This document shows, in pieces, positions 39,003-53,887 of a DNA stretch of 64,000 nucleotides. This DNA comes from the human T2T-CHM13v2.0 reference genome, Homo sapiens, in the NCBI RefSeq assembly GCF_009914755.1, contig NC_060937.1; one strand, 5' to 3'. The notes below the pieces were generated by a model. It searched no databases and was not told the origin of the DNA. It worked only from the letters and a program-made list of their open reading frames with translations. The position numbers and the translations under genes are program-made. Within the stretch, counting starts at the first letter, position 1. Every line of letters begins with the position of its first letter.

Positions 39003-39205
39003 TGTATTAAGCCATTCTTCCATTGCTATGAAGAAATACCTGAGACTGGGCAATTTATAAAGAAAAATAGTATAATTGGCTCAGGGTTCTGCAGGAAGCA
39101 TGGCATCCACATCTGCTCAGCTCCTGGGGAAGCCTCAGAAGCTTTCAGTCACAGTAGAAGGCAAAGGGAGAACAGGCACACCACAGGAAGAAAGCAGGAG
39201 CAGGC
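39003..39205 (-). mobile_element. MST (MSTA/B) MaLR LTR fragment
   Basis: TGTATTAAGCCATTCTT...AAATACCTGAGACTGGG...GAAGCATGGC. Confidence 0.85.
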
Positions 39206-39214
39206 AGGGGCTGG

Positions 39215-39888
39215 CAGTGTGCCATGTCAATTTACTGTTGCCATGGCAATGCCCAGGCGTTACCCCTCTTTCCATGGCACCCAGTGATCCAAAAGTTACT
39301 ACCCCTTCCCTGCATACCCCTTAATCTGAATGCAATTAAAAATGGGAACCAGGGTGTGGTGGCTCACACCTGTAATCCCAGCACTTTGGGAGGCCGAGGC
39401 GACTGGATCACCTGAGATCAGGGGTTCAAGACCAGCCTGGCTAACACAGCAAAACCCTATCTCTATTAAAAATACAAAAATTTGCCAGGTGCAATGGCAC
39501 GTGCCTGTAATCCCAGCTACTTGGGAGACTGAGGCAGGAGGTTATGTAAGAGGCAGGAGAATTGCCTGAACCTGGGAGGCGGAGGATGCAGTGAGCTGAG
39601 ATCGCGCCACCGCATTCCAGCCTGGGCAACAGAGTGAGACTCTGTCTTAAGAAAAAAGAAGTGGGTATAAACATGAGCAGAACAGCCCTGAGCTGCTCTT
39701 CTCTGCCTGTGTGGTAGCCCAGCCCAGCAGGCGCAGTCATGGAACTGTAACACCACCAGAGCTGTGACACTGCTGCTTCAATAAAGCCATTTTCTTCTGC
39801 CTCTGGCTTGCCCTTGAAATCTTTCCTGGGCAAAGCCAAGAACCTTCTTGGGCTGAGCCCCACTTTAGGGCTTGCCTGTCCTACATCA
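39215..39888 (+). mobile_element. ERV1 LTR 3' part (LTR26-like), split by an Alu
   Basis: gttgccatggcaa, TATA-like gggtataaa, caataaag, and terminal ...gcctgtcctacatca. Confidence 0.65.
39346..39660 (+). mobile_element. AluS (AluSx-like)
   Basis: Dimeric Alu with a small internal duplication at 39531-39559. Confidence 0.93.
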
Positions 39889-39971
39889 CCAGCATAGTTG
39901 TTCATAGCACTCTTGCTCTAAAAAGTGCTCAAATTTGAGAGGGAAAGGGTGCTACAAAGGACATCATTAGA

Positions 39972-40116
39972 GGCTGGATATGGTGGCGCACACCTGTGGT
40001 CCCAGCTACTCAGGAGGCTGAGGTGGGAGGATCACTTGAGCCTGGTTTGTTGAGGCTGCGGCAAACCATGATTGAACAACTAGACTTCAGCCTGGGAAAC
40101 AGAGCAAGACCTCATT
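39972..40116 (+). mobile_element. Free Alu monomer (FRAM/FAM or AluJ right arm)
   Basis: A single diverged right-arm-type monomer with GGAGGATCACTTGAGCC. Confidence 0.8.
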
Positions 40117-40129
40117 TTTCAATTAATTA

Positions 40130-40400
40130 ATTAAAGGATGTTATCAGAACAACTGACAACATTGGAATACAGATGGTCTATCATGTAAAAATACTTCTTA
40201 ATACTAGTGGAGATGTATGAAGTTGATGACTGTTGAGGTTATGTAGGAGAATACCTCTGTTCTTACAACACAAATGATACAGCAAATGGGATAGAATAAT
40301 AGGTGAATCTGAGCAGCGGATATATGGCTATTCCTTGCACTATTTTTGCTTTTGCGACTTTATGTAAGTCTGATATCACTTCCAGATAAAAAGTCTAAAA
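40130..40400 (+). mobile_element. L1ME-type 3' end
   Basis: ggttatgtaggagaata...ggtgaatctg...cttgcactattttt...tgtaagtctga. Confidence 0.65.
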
Positions 40401-41544
40401 AGTAGAAGCCAAGTGCTCCAGGTTGGACGATAAATTATATGGTGAGCCAGCACAGGAGCCTCTCCAGCAACCTCAGGTGACAAAATCCAGGTGACAAACG
40501 CTGCTGAAGACAAAATTCAAGGGGGCAAGAACCACAGCCAAGGCTGCAGACAAGCTCTGAAATCATTTGATGTCAAACCGAGTGACACTGACAGTAGAAA
40601 CCACTGGGTGAAGAACAGACGTTACATGTTACGAACTTTGATCACATACAAACAATAATAATACTAGAAAGCGTGGAGGGGTTGGGAGTAAAAATATAAC
40701 TTCTAAACCTGGAACATCTGGTTTACAAAAGCACAAGTCCCTTTGTTCTCATGCTCTTTCACGGTAGCTTTTAGCATGTCTTCCAGTGTCTGTGTCCCAT
40801 GTAGAGGTGAAGCTTTTATCTCAAGTGTTTCCTTCAGCTTCACTTTGGTTCATTCTTGTGAAATCCAAATGCAGGGAATGCTTTTTCTGATAAACTGTGC
40901 CTGTGACTAACATTTCTACTTCTGTTCCTCTTTCCAGTTCTACTAGACCCATGGGGAGAGTTGTCCTTTGTGAGATTGAACAAAGTTGACTATCTGGAAG
41001 GAGACCTTGGAGAATGCTTTTGACTTCCTCTTGGTCTCCTGTGTTACTGTTATTAAATAGGAAGCCAGGCCTTTCTTACAAAACAAAACCATGATTCTTA
41101 TTTTTAAAGGGGAGGAAGAGGCTTAGCACCCCATGCCATCTGTCTGAGATCTGAGGGCCATGACACTGCTGAACGTCCCTCGGTCTCCAGGGGCTTTCTT
41201 TCCCACACAACAATGGAGGGGATCCCTGCCGTGTGGTCACCGGAGTTCTTGCTCCGATGTGGAGCAGTCCAGCCCTGCCCCTGCCTAATCAGCAGAATAA
41301 CAGACAGGCATGGCTTTCTGCATCCTGAGTTAATGCATGTGGGCAGTAGGACCAACTCACATTTCACCTCCAGGGGAAATGAGAGGTGTGTTTGTTCCAA
41401 ACACTGGGATTCCAAACACAGACCTGTGAATGGCTTTCATTGTTATGAAGTCTTCACCTTTCATGAAAACGACTTCATAAGGGCTGCTCCCCATTCTTCA
41501 AAGCACCCACCCACGGGCTGCATGCATGTTGCTTATAGTTTTTT

Positions 41545-43490
41545 AAGCTGACTTTATTTTTAGAACAGTTTTGATTGATAGGAATATTGACAAGACGTCA
41601 CGGTGTCCCTGTATCGCCCTCACACAGCTTCCCTTATTATTAAAATTTTACATTAGTGCTGTACATCTGCCACCACTGATGAAACAGTATTGAAACATGA
41701 GTATTGACTGAAGTCCATGTTCTCCATGTTGAATTCAGATTTCCCTAATTTCTCCCTAATGTCCTTGCCGTGTCCCAGAAAGGCCCCGTCCAGGACACCA
41801 CATGGCATTTGGTTGGCCTGGCTCCTTAGGCGCCTCTCAACTGTGACAGTTTCTCCAACTTTCCTTGTTTTTGATGGCCTTGACAGTTTTTGGGAGTACC
41901 AGTCAGACATTCTGCAGGATGACCTGCTCTTGGGATGTGCTCTTTTTCTCATGAGTGACTGGTGTTATGCGCTGGGGGAAGAAAGCAGAGAGGCAGCGCA
42001 CCACCGGCATACACATCCTACACAGGGGGTGCGCTCTCGACACGGCTGTCCTTGCTGACGTTGACCTTGGCCCCTGGCTGAGGTCATGCCGTCAGGCATC
42101 TCTGCTGTGAAATCACTGTGGGGTTCTAACTAGGGAAAAGGAGTCAGGCTGCAGGGCGCAGAGGAAGTAAAAAGAAGCAGCAGATGAGACAAGTCAACCC
42201 TTCTTCATGGTGCAGGACACACAGCCCTCCTGCACAGATAACTCAGTCTTCCTGTGCTCAGCTGTCACCAGACCCTCGGCTGATAGAAAAATGCAAGGTA
42301 GCTCCCTGCAACCCTGGTGTTATCAGTACTGCACGCAGCCCTCTGCAGCCCAAGAACCACCCTGTAAAACCTCTAGCAAGCCTTTGAATCCTGGCAGTCA
42401 GCTCCTCTTCTGCTGAGTCTGCCCATTTCCTCCTCGCAACGTGTTTTCCTATTTTCTCTAATAAGTCTGCCCTTCATTATCTACAACTGTCTTGGGAGAT
42501 TCTTTTATGCTCCCCCTACCTGCTACCGCCACCAGCCCAGATAGTCATCACCCCCCTCGACAGTTACCACCTGCCTTCCATACCACACTCTTGGGAAGGA
42601 AGTGATGGTGCAGAGCCCACACCTAAGGAGTGGGGGAGTCACGGTCCCCTCCTTGAGGGCAGGGTATCTGCATAAATTATTTGGAATCCTTTTGCAATGG
42701 TGATTTGTCTCTTCTTTCCCACTTAGTTTATTCAGTCACTGATTTCTGTCAGCACTGACTCATGGACACCTATGTCATTATGGGTCATGACTCGACCCTA
42801 CTTTATTTTGTTTCTCAAGTTGTTCTGGCTTTGGCCGTTGGGAGCTCTTCCAGTTGGCTCCTGTGTCCCTTTAATGTAGGATTTGGAGATTTTTTTTTAG
42901 TACTTCCTTTATGTAGATTTATCTTGTATATTTCTTGCCCCAGTCCTAGAATCAGCCATTTCTCTGAGGAGCCCTGTTTCGTTTTATGGAGAACAGTATT
43001 AGAAGCCAAGATCTGGGCACTAGGTGTGTTTATAGCTACTGAAACATAATTGCTTCTAGGTTGTCTCATGACAGAGGAGAGATATATGTATACTAATTAA
43101 TGCACACACATATACCTACAAGTATTTCTAGATGTAATCATTTGTATCTATATTATGCTAAACATGAGTTTATACCAATATCTTCCATTCTAATTCACTA
43201 ACATATGAATCATTCTAGTCTCATCCCCTGGTTTTATCTGTAAATTCTAACAGTGAGAAGCCTGACTCCCACTACTTATGATCCATCTCCTTAATCATTC
43301 AGTCCCAGCACACATGAATTGTGGGATCAGATTGTGAATTGATGCTCCTGTGGGAAGCACCTTAATCAGCTAGAGTGCAGTGCTTATGCTCAGTTCCCTT
43401 TTGCCCTTGGTCTTACACACTCCACTCATTTACACGGTCACTTAGGGCAGCACCTGCTCTCCCATCCTTTCTTCAGTGAGGTCATTTTAC
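41545..43490 (-). mobile_element. L1MC/L1MD-type 3' UTR, antisense, split by LTR47
   Basis: gactttatttttagaacagtttt start, catggcatttggttg, ccagtcctagaatcagccatttctct motifs. Confidence 0.75.
42117..42562 (+). mobile_element. LTR47-like ERVL solo LTR
   Basis: TG...ctaactagggaaaaggagtcaggctg...cttcatgg...CA; degenerate TSD ATCAC/GTTAC. Confidence 0.75.
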
Positions 43491-44539
43491 ATATTTGGAG
43501 CAGGTAGGGACCAGCGTGGATGGCCCTCTGGACTGATGTGGGGGCCCCTGCTTTGGAGGGGCTGCTGGCCAGTGGCAGGGGTTGGATTGGAGCCAGGAGG
43601 GTCTCACCACCTTTCCTCTCCCGGGACTGACACCAACCCCTGTCCTTCAACACAACACAACACAACAGAAAGGGGTTTGAGCCCCTGGCTATGTTAGCTG
43701 CTGTGGTGCCTCAGGCCAGCACTATTCCATCCCCAGGACCACCTGCTCAGGGGTGCCCACACCCCAACCACCAAGGGCTCCAAAAGGAAGGTATAAGTTC
43801 CATGGCCTGTGCAGGGAGGGTGTGAGCCGTCCCAGCACAGGCACTCATTTGGAACCGAACAGAGGGCTGGGGACCGAACAGAGGCATTCTGACCCCACAG
43901 CAGTGGGGAGCCATGGTGGGTCCTTGAGCAGAAGGGTATGCTCTGGGATGTGTTTGAACTTGATGCTGACAGCAGGTATGGGGTAGACGGAGGGAAGATG
44001 GAGACCAGGGGTTGCCAGGGCAATGCCCAACATGAGGAGGCCCCCAGGGTGCAGGGGAGGAACAAGGGCAGGGCAGGAGGTGGGGGTCTTGGCCAGGAAC
44101 ATGCTGTAGGGCTAGGAACCACCCAGAAGAGGGTAAGTCTCATGGCTAGGACTCCCTCCTGGAGCAGAGGACTCCAGGGTCCCCTGCTCTGTGCCCTCAG
44201 GAGGGGAGCAGATCCTCCAAAGTGCTGGCCCAGCAGGAGGTGGAATAAATACCCATGATGTGCCTGGGCCTGCAGAATGGGAAAGGTCTTCCTGGTAATG
44301 GCAGGTGGCCCAGGCCTGTGAGCGGCACTTTCAAACATCAGACTTCACAGGGGCGCCCTGCCTCTCCCAGAGCCGGGCTACCTTGATGGCTGCTGGCAAG
44401 CAAGTCCTCACCATGGTTCCTGTGGAGCAGTCAGGATTCTTAGGGAGGTGGGTTCCAGGCAGGGCAGCAGGTACCTGGGCCAGCCTTACTGAGGCCCCTG
44501 GAGGCCCAGCAAGGGGTGACCAGTGGGCACAGTGAAAAG

Positions 44540-44645
44540 CTGGAAAAGAAAGAATGAAAGAAAGAGAGAAAGGAGAGAAAGACAGAACAAGAAGAGAAAG
44601 AACAAGAAGGAAAGAGAGAAAGAAGAAGGAAAAGAAGGAAGAAAG
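44540..44645. repeat. GA-rich low-complexity tract
   Basis: (AAAG/GAGAA)n. Confidence 0.85.
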
Positions 44646-44749
44646 TTTTAAAAAGTTAAATATATGAAAGGAGCATCCATCCAGAAGTCCAACAGCAGTC
44701 CCTCCTGGAATCCATTGGCTTCCCTCAAGAGTTTTTGGTCCTTCTCTTT

Positions 44750-45253
<504 letters not shown>

Positions 45254-45410
45254 TTCTCTTGTTAATATTCTTCAGTGCTTGCAGCTTTGTTTTCCTTCCT
45301 TGCCCCCTCTTCTAGGGCAGACGGATCCCGTTGTAGGAAAAGCATTCCACTGTCTCCATGGCTGCAGATTGTGGTCTCCGCCAGTGGTGAGGAACAGATG
45401 GGTTTCCACC

Positions 45411-45740
45411 TGTATCGTAGATGGCATGTCTGTGTCCTCCCCAAATTTCTCTGTTGAGGCCCTCACCCCCAATGTGATGGTATTTGGAGATGGGCCTTTT
45501 GTAGGTAATTAGGGTTAGATGAGGTCATCAGAGTGGGGCCCTCATGATGGGTTTAGTTAGACAAGAGCTCTCTCTCTCTCTCTCTCTCTCTCACCTACCC
45601 CACCTTTTCTCTTCTGACCATGTGAGGACACAGAGAGAAGGCAGCTCTTTGCAAACCAGGATGACAGCCCTCACCAGGAACCAATCCAGCTGCCACCTTC
45701 ATCTTAGACTCCCAAACCTCCAGAACTATGAGAAATAAGT
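45411..45740 (+). mobile_element. MLT1A-like MaLR LTR with internal (CT)n
   Basis: cccaatgtgatggtatttggagatggg...cctccagaactatgagaaataa. Confidence 0.85.
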
Positions 45741-45929
45741 GGTATTTTGTTTTGACCGATACAGCCTGAAAACACATTTTCTCCTCACCACACATGAGTG
45801 ATATCTGTGTGACTGAAGGTATCCAGGACTCATCAAAAAAAAAGAGAAATGTCCCCTGCACAAGGCCCAGCCATGCCCAGGAGAAGCAGCAGCTTGGCAC
45901 AGAAGAGCGCACCCAGGCTGGGCACTGCA

Positions 45930-46112
45930 CTCATTCTTCCTGTGACCCTGGGCAAGTCACTGAATGGGGCTTCAGCTGCCCCATTTGTTTATTTCATTTT
46001 TTTTTTAAGGCTAGTCAAAATTGCTTCATTTGTAATGGGGCTTAATAGTGTTTGCCCTGCCTCCTGTTGAGGGATCCAGAGAAAGGACGTCAAAGTACTT
46101 TGTAATCTGTAA
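45930..46112 (+). mobile_element. MIR
   Basis: ctgtgaccctgggcaagtcact...catttgtaatgggg...aaagtactttg. Confidence 0.65.
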
Positions 46113-46165
46113 GGTTTATCTGACATGAGAGGAAATATACATATGCTCCAGGATATCTGTGTGCA

Positions 46166-46166
<1 letters not shown>

Positions 46167-46201
<35 letters not shown>
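46167..46201. repeat. (CA)n microsatellite
   Basis: About 17 perfect CA units. Confidence 0.95.
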
Positions 46202-48009
46202 ATCACATATCAGGCCTGGCTGTGTCTTCTTACAAAGGCGCTGCTAGGCACCACCTCCAGTTCTAGAACCAGACCAGCCAGTTCACCCTCCAGGCATTTT
46301 ACCCTTGACTTCATAAAACCTTTCTACCTAATCCACTAGTGACAGGCTCATCCCAGACCTAATTTTAAAGATGTCTAGGAGCAAGATTGCAGAGACTTAC
46401 CCTCAGCCCCTCGAGCTGCGGTGGAAATCCTTGACCTTGGCCTACACAAAAACAGATGCAGATCATTCTCACATTTGCTGGCCGGCTGGGCTGAGTGGGC
46501 CTGGAGAATGAGGGCTACAGGGGCGGTCCTGGGCAGTCTTGCTGAGGCTTGCCAGCATCTCTCAGCCTCCTTAACTTCCCATGGTCCATGAGCATGGACT
46601 TCAGGAATTCCTGATGGGGGGTGAAGAGCATGCAGCAGGGTGTCCCAATCCCTGATCTATGGAAAGAAAAATTGAAGCAAAACCAAGAACTTAGTTTAAG
46701 ATGTCCCATACACCAGCCTCTAGCCCTTGTTTTTGGAACAGACCTCTCTCCTGGAAACCACTTTCCTCCCAGCATTAAATTATTCAAAGTGCTTTGCTTT
46801 TTCGCAAAGTTCCCAAGGATCCCTGGAGAAAGGAAGATAGAAATGCCTCACTCTCTAAACAGATAGATGCAGCTAGTTAAAAGAAACAGCCAGCTTCTCT
46901 TGCTGTTTCTAACATATTTGAAAGAAGCTTGGGTTCAGAAATCTATCCAGAAAGCTCCGTGCTATGCAGACAGAACAAGAACCTTCCCCTGTGGGAGCCT
47001 TGGGCTGGTCATCACTGGTTCCAGAGCCAGTTTTTCTAAACACCCATTGGTGGCTGTGTTCAGAGCGAGTTAGTCACTCACACCATCCTGCCCTGCCCTG
47101 AGTTAAACCATATATGATCTCCTCCAGGAAGCCTCCATGACTACTGTAGCCCAGGGACATCCCCTTCTCTGAAATGTACAGCAGTTGAAACACTTCACTA
47201 GACACCTCAGCCCCCATGTTGTGCTATTTGGGATTGTTCCCGGAGAGACAGTAGAGCACTTGACTGAATTCGCAAAAGAGAAAAAACAAATTCATTTTAC
47301 AAAACCTAAACTCTCAGACTGAAGGAATTTCGCACCACAGCCACGATAATTCATGAACCCACATCTGCTACCCACTGTGGTGTCTGAGAGGTGAAAGAGG
47401 GCAATGTCTCCAGGAGGGCGTGCACACACACTTGTTAACACGTGCACAAGTGTGTGTATTCACAGGGACCCTGATGTACACTCATAGCCACACACAAGCT
47501 AAGGTCTGAGAACTGTGTCTCCTGGAGGAGGCTGGGATGCCGGACACCTGAGGAAGCAGCCCCGAGCTCCACTTTCACCAGCACCCCTAGAGGGTCAGTG
47601 CCAAACGGACCCCATTATTTCATGCCAATCCATTCTAGGGGGTCACCTCCCCCGAAACACCTCTCTGAAACATTAGTGGATGCCAAAGGGGAAATGAGAC
47701 TTGCTTTGCACAATCTTCTTCTCCAGAGGACTGCATCCCTCATTTCCTAATGGACATAAATAAGAAAATGGGTTTTGCTTTGCAGAATGTTCTTCTCTAT
47801 AGGAACATAGCTCAGATTTCTAAACAGTGTCCTAATAGAAGTTACAGCCTCTGTAGCCAACCACACCAATCTGGTGTGGTTGACCCTCCTGACTTGCTGA
47901 CATTGGTAGACTCCTGTGTGGCTTATTTCTTCATGCAACCATGAACATCCTTTCTCCACCCACATCAGAAGGATCTTCTAAATTCATCCCTCTCTCTCAG
48001 CTGCTTCCA

Positions 48010-48215
48010 GCTCCCCAAAAGGCTTCCCAGGGCAATTAGAATGCAATCCAACTCTTCCCAAAACCCCGACATGGGAGCAGCCTGGGTCCTGTGGCCTCTC
48101 CCACTGGCCTCTTAGCCTCAATGTTCAGCCACACTGGCCTTGCCCGCCCACACTGTTTGTCACTGCTCCAGGGCCTTTGCACCTGCTATCCCTTTTCCCA
48201 GCATCCTCTTTCCCT
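48010..48215 (+). mobile_element. L2 fragment
   Basis: ggcttccca...agaatgcaatccaa...cacactggcctt...cagggcctttgcacctgct. Confidence 0.55.
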
Positions 48216-50375
48216 GTCCCTTTTCAGAGCAGCACACAGAAGGACACAAGGACTGAGCCTCATCCAGGAATCCAGGGCTGCAGGTCTGAGCAGAGGGTCC
48301 CTGGGGGCAAATAAAAAGCACTGGGGATTCTGAAAGTGGCAGTAGCAGCTTTGCCCTTTTCAGAATGGCATCTACCATTTAGATTCTCTACAGTTTATCC
48401 AGCCCAGCCCTCACTTTACGGAAGGGAGGCCAAGCTGGGGTCACACCAACTATAAGGCTCCACAACCTGGGCCACCCCTAGTCTGCAGCTGGGCCATTCC
48501 AAGGCTTCTTCAGGGCTGTCAGGAGGTGGTGGGGTTCCCTTGGTTGGGAGGACAGAGACCCCAGTGCTGGCTACCAGCAGGAGGGGAGCTAACAGACTTG
48601 GAGTCCCCTCTCATGGAGCCACAACAAACCAAAGGGTTAGGGATTTCAAGGGAACAGGGGTCCCTCTGGGGAAAAAAGCCAGGGTTCCCCGGAGCTACTG
48701 TTATTGCCCTCCTGGGAGAGGGCAAGTACTTACTTGGCTAATGTGACCTCCCTTGCGCTCTGGTCTTGGAAACAGCTGCCACCTTTCCGGACATGTCCAG
48801 GAAGCTGCCCAGGCCCATGCATGCCCTCCCAGCCCCTAGTCTCCTTTGATCAACACTCTGACCTCCCAGCCCAGGGGGGCCCGGGGCAGGAGAACCAGAA
48901 CAGTGCCCGGCCCACAGTCCCAACTAAGGAAATACATCCTGATGGTCACCAGCCCCTTGGACATCCAGGAAATCCACAGAGGCCGGGATGGCAGCAAGGG
49001 AGCCAAGTGCCATGTGCTCTGCAAGCCTTCTTTCTGCAGAGCCTACTGTGCATCAGCTGAGGGTCCAGAGAACCTGGCTGGGGTGGCAATGGCCCCTTTC
49101 CAGATGCAGTTCTTGGGCCCCCAGAAGCCAGCCAAGAGCCGTTCTCATTTGTGTGCATGGTGGGCACATGGCTGCCTGTGTTTGTGTCTCTGTGTTTAAA
49201 CCAGGAGGAGTTAATGATTAAGAGGCGCCTTGAGTTCGGTCCCACTCAAAATAAACTAGGACCTGTCAGTAAACATGAGGGGAACCTCCCAGTTGTCAGT
49301 CATCTCCCAGTATTCCCAGAATGATCTGGGGTAGACATCTGGCATGACTGGATGGTAACTTGGGGGCTGCACCTGTAGTGTCAGAGAGAGACGTTCTTGA
49401 TAGCTGGAGACAGCCCTGGCGATGTGACATAGGTAAAGGCCTTGGGCACTGGCCAGTGGCTCTCCACCCCCTGTAGAAGTAAGTGTCCCCATGGGCTGCA
49501 GATGGGCTGCCTAGGGTGGAGGTGGTTTGCTGTTGGGACCAGGAGCCAGAAGAAGGGGCCAGGGAGGAAGAACCCTGGAGCTGTCTGGGGACTTGTGCTG
49601 GAGGCTGTGCCCACTTGGGCAGATGGTCAAGGTGCAGAGGACAGCCCAGTTTAGCCCAGCCACAGACAAAGGTGCTGAGACTCTGGGGCTCTGTGCCTGC
49701 CTGGCACAAGTTATGGAGCCAGGATTGAGTGGGCCCCTGTGCTCTGGGCTGCCCAAGGATGAGACTGGGGCATGCTGGGATCAAGATCTGACTCCTGACA
49801 ACCTGGGCTTTGTGTAGAGCAGATAGGGGAGTACCCCACTACCTGTCTTTCCATGCCGCCACAGTGCAGTGCCCAGAGTCTGCAACCCTCACTCCGGGCA
49901 TGGGCCGAGAAAAAATGGACCCTTTAGCTGGTGCACTAGGCAACCTTCAGGCTGTCTGGGACCAGCCCTGACAGCCTCTGCTCTGGGATCAGCTGCCGCA
50001 GCAGCCTGCACATGGCATGGGGCAGCAGTGGTGGCAACCCTGGACACTGGCCCCCATAGCATGGAACCCAGGACCAGACACTGCCACGGTCAGCCCGCAG
50101 GTGCGGGAGGGCAGGAGGCGAGCAGTCACAACCCTGCGGCTGCACAGTGCCCCTGCAAACCTGTGCTCTGGGCCAGGGCCAAGAGAAATTGGACCCTAGC
50201 ATGGGAGAGTGGTACACTTGGCGACCCTCCGGCCCTCTGGAAGTAACCCTGCCAGCCACTGCCGTGGGCTCAGCCACAGCTGCCACCTGGAAATGGCAGT
50301 AGTCAGTATCAGTGGCAAGCCCTGATCCTGCCCTCCCCCACCAGCAGCAGGGAACCCAGGACCAGTTGTCGCCAT

Positions 50376-51054
50376 GGGGTAGGTTAGTGAGGGATTTAGG
50401 GTCATTTGATTATGAGATGAAATGATCACATGGGGATGAAGTAATTCTTTAACATAACATCGGTATGCAGATGTACAGTATACAGAGATAAGAATTTACA
50501 ATATAGTGTGTGCGTCAGCAATTTCTAACAGAGCCTTAAAACATAAACACAGCCTATCCATAAACTATGATTAGCAAGATATTAATCAGCAGTAACAGTT
50601 GCAGCAAAAGCTGGTTACACACAATCCATAGAAACAGGATGTGAGGCTAGACAGCCTGTTAGACCAGAAATTCTCAGAAGGGAGTATGCCTTAACCCTAA
50701 AGAGACCTAGAAGAGCCGTGGCAAGATGAGGGCATTTATAGCCCTAACTTATCTGTATGGACAAGCACCCCCCATGCGTCCGTTTATAGGCTCTCCACAA
50801 GGGTCGCATTCCATTCCCAGAGCTATGAACATCTGCTTTTCTGGGCTAGGAATCTTGGTGATGTGAAACCTCCCTGACTGCACGACCATTCACAGGCTCT
50901 CTGCAGGGGGAAGCACATCACGTGCTGTTGGCTCATTCTGGCAGCCCAACCTGGCATTGTCTTTACACAATCCTGCATGCTACTTTGTATTTACAATAAT
51001 CAGGAGCATTTCATCTTTTATTCCGTAGCAATAGTTTCAGGGGGTCTCCCCACA
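50376..51054 (-). mobile_element. ERV LTR, 3'-truncated (family uncertain, possibly LTR25-like)
   Basis: The minus strand begins TGTGGGGAGACCCCCTGAAACTATTGCTACGGAATAAAAGATG and breaks off at ...CTAACCTACCCC. No poly(A) signal/U5 and no matching TSD at the left end. Confidence 0.8.
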
Positions 51055-51429
51055 GTAGTGAGGGGCTCAGTCCAAGTCCAAGGTCCTTCAGGGAAGCCAA
51101 TGTTGTTACTCAGTCCAAGCAGGGGAGCTGCTGGTGCAAGTCTTGGAGTTCAAATGCCAGAGAACCTGGAGTTCTGATGTCCAAGTGCAGAAAGAGGGTT
51201 GCCCTGCTCCAGGGGAGGAAGAGGATTCACCTTTGCTCTATCTGGGCCCTAAGCAAATTAGACAATGCTAACCAACACTAGGTGAGGATGGATCGTTCTT
51301 ACCCAGTCCACTGACTCAAATGCCAGTCCCTTCCAGAAACACCCTCACAGAAACACCAGAACTACCATGTTACCAGCTATCGGGGCTTCCTTTCATCCAA
51401 TCACATTGACACATAAAATTAATCATCCA
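51055..51429 (-). mobile_element. MLT2 (ERVL LTR) 5' part
   Basis: ctcagtccaagtcc...ccactgactcaaatgcca...ttgacacataaaattaatcatc. Confidence 0.8.
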
Positions 51430-51439
51430 ATTGTCCAAA

Positions 51440-51760
51440 GCCTTTTGCCACCTGGCTGAAACCCGACTCTCCAATGCATGTGCCATCTTCTCAAAATTCC
51501 TCTCCATCTGCTTTGACCCCTGAACACTTTCTTGAACACATTCCTTAATGCACACTGTGTTTATTTTTCTGCCTAGAACATTCTTCTCTAACATCTCACC
51601 ATCAACATTCTACCTAGTACTCAATATCAGTATAGATGCTTCCCCAACCCCATGAATTTTCCCAGTTGAGTGACTTTGGGAAAATGCTGTGACTTCTCTG
51701 AGCTTAAGCTCCATCCCTTGTCACATAAAAATGGTGAGACTGATACAACAATGTTCCAGT
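51440..51760 (+). mobile_element. L2 and MIR fragments
   Basis: ctctgcctagaacattcttc (L2); gtgactttggg...ctctgagctta...aaaatgg (MIR). Confidence 0.5.
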
Positions 51761-51762
51761 GA

Positions 51763-52073
<311 letters not shown>

Positions 52074-52851
52074 GAGGAGAAAATTTTATATATTGAGTGC
52101 CCAGTGCAGTGCCTTGCACATATTAGGTGACAAATTTTTAACTGACCCTTTTCATGAATCTTCTAATTCCTTCCAATCAGAATGAGCCCATGTTCTCTCT
52201 ATATGCAGGTTATTATCAATACAAAAACACTAATCAAAAATTGTCTTTATTTAAGTTGTCAAGCTGTCCTAACTCCTGACTTGTATATAAATTATGTGAA
52301 GGGAAGGATTCTGTCTTTTTGTCATCTCTTACCCTCCCCAGTTCTTGGTGAACAGCAGACAGTCAAAAATGATTAGAAGACTGATAAAATTCACTGTCAT
52401 CTGTTCAATAATGCCTTCCTTGTTTCCGTAATATACCTCCTCCCAACTTCCCAGGAAATCTGAGAGTGCCCCGAGCCTCAACTTCCAATATGCAACTCCT
52501 TTATGGGCCTTCTGCAACACTGGCCTCCTCTTACCTTTGGAACATAGAACTTTTGTCTCTGGCAGATGAGGGCTTTTTAATCTAGAATAGAACTGGAACA
52601 AATCCTCTCTCACATCAGCAGGAGCACCTATGAACACACTGATCAAGTGTTGTTGAGACACAAGTGTTGTCTCTGTAGGGAAAGGTGTGGAGACAGAGAG
52701 CCCTGAGAAGGCAGAATTGCCAGGTGAGATGTCAGGGTGGCATTGGTACAGGCCGTTCAGCTGGGGAGGGGTGTGCACTGCTGAGCCACAGAAAGCGAGC
52801 TTTGGATCCAAGGAACAGTACATAGGAAGTGGATTAAATGTTTGCAAAAAA

Positions 52852-53730
<879 letters not shown>

Positions 53731-53887
53731 AAATCACTAAGGACTCAGGTAGACTTTAGTACAATGCCCCGTGTACAGCCTTAATATTGCTCACTGTCAG
53801 CTACTGCATCCCCTAAATGTGGACGTATCCAGGAAGCTTCTTCCCTTGCAGAAAACACACAATACTGAGCCCTGGAGAACAAAACAA

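Noticed and set aside
47424-47457. 12-bp inverted repeat ACACACACTTGT/ACAAGTGTGTGT
   Set aside because: Mostly CA/TG low complexity and too short to be meaningful.
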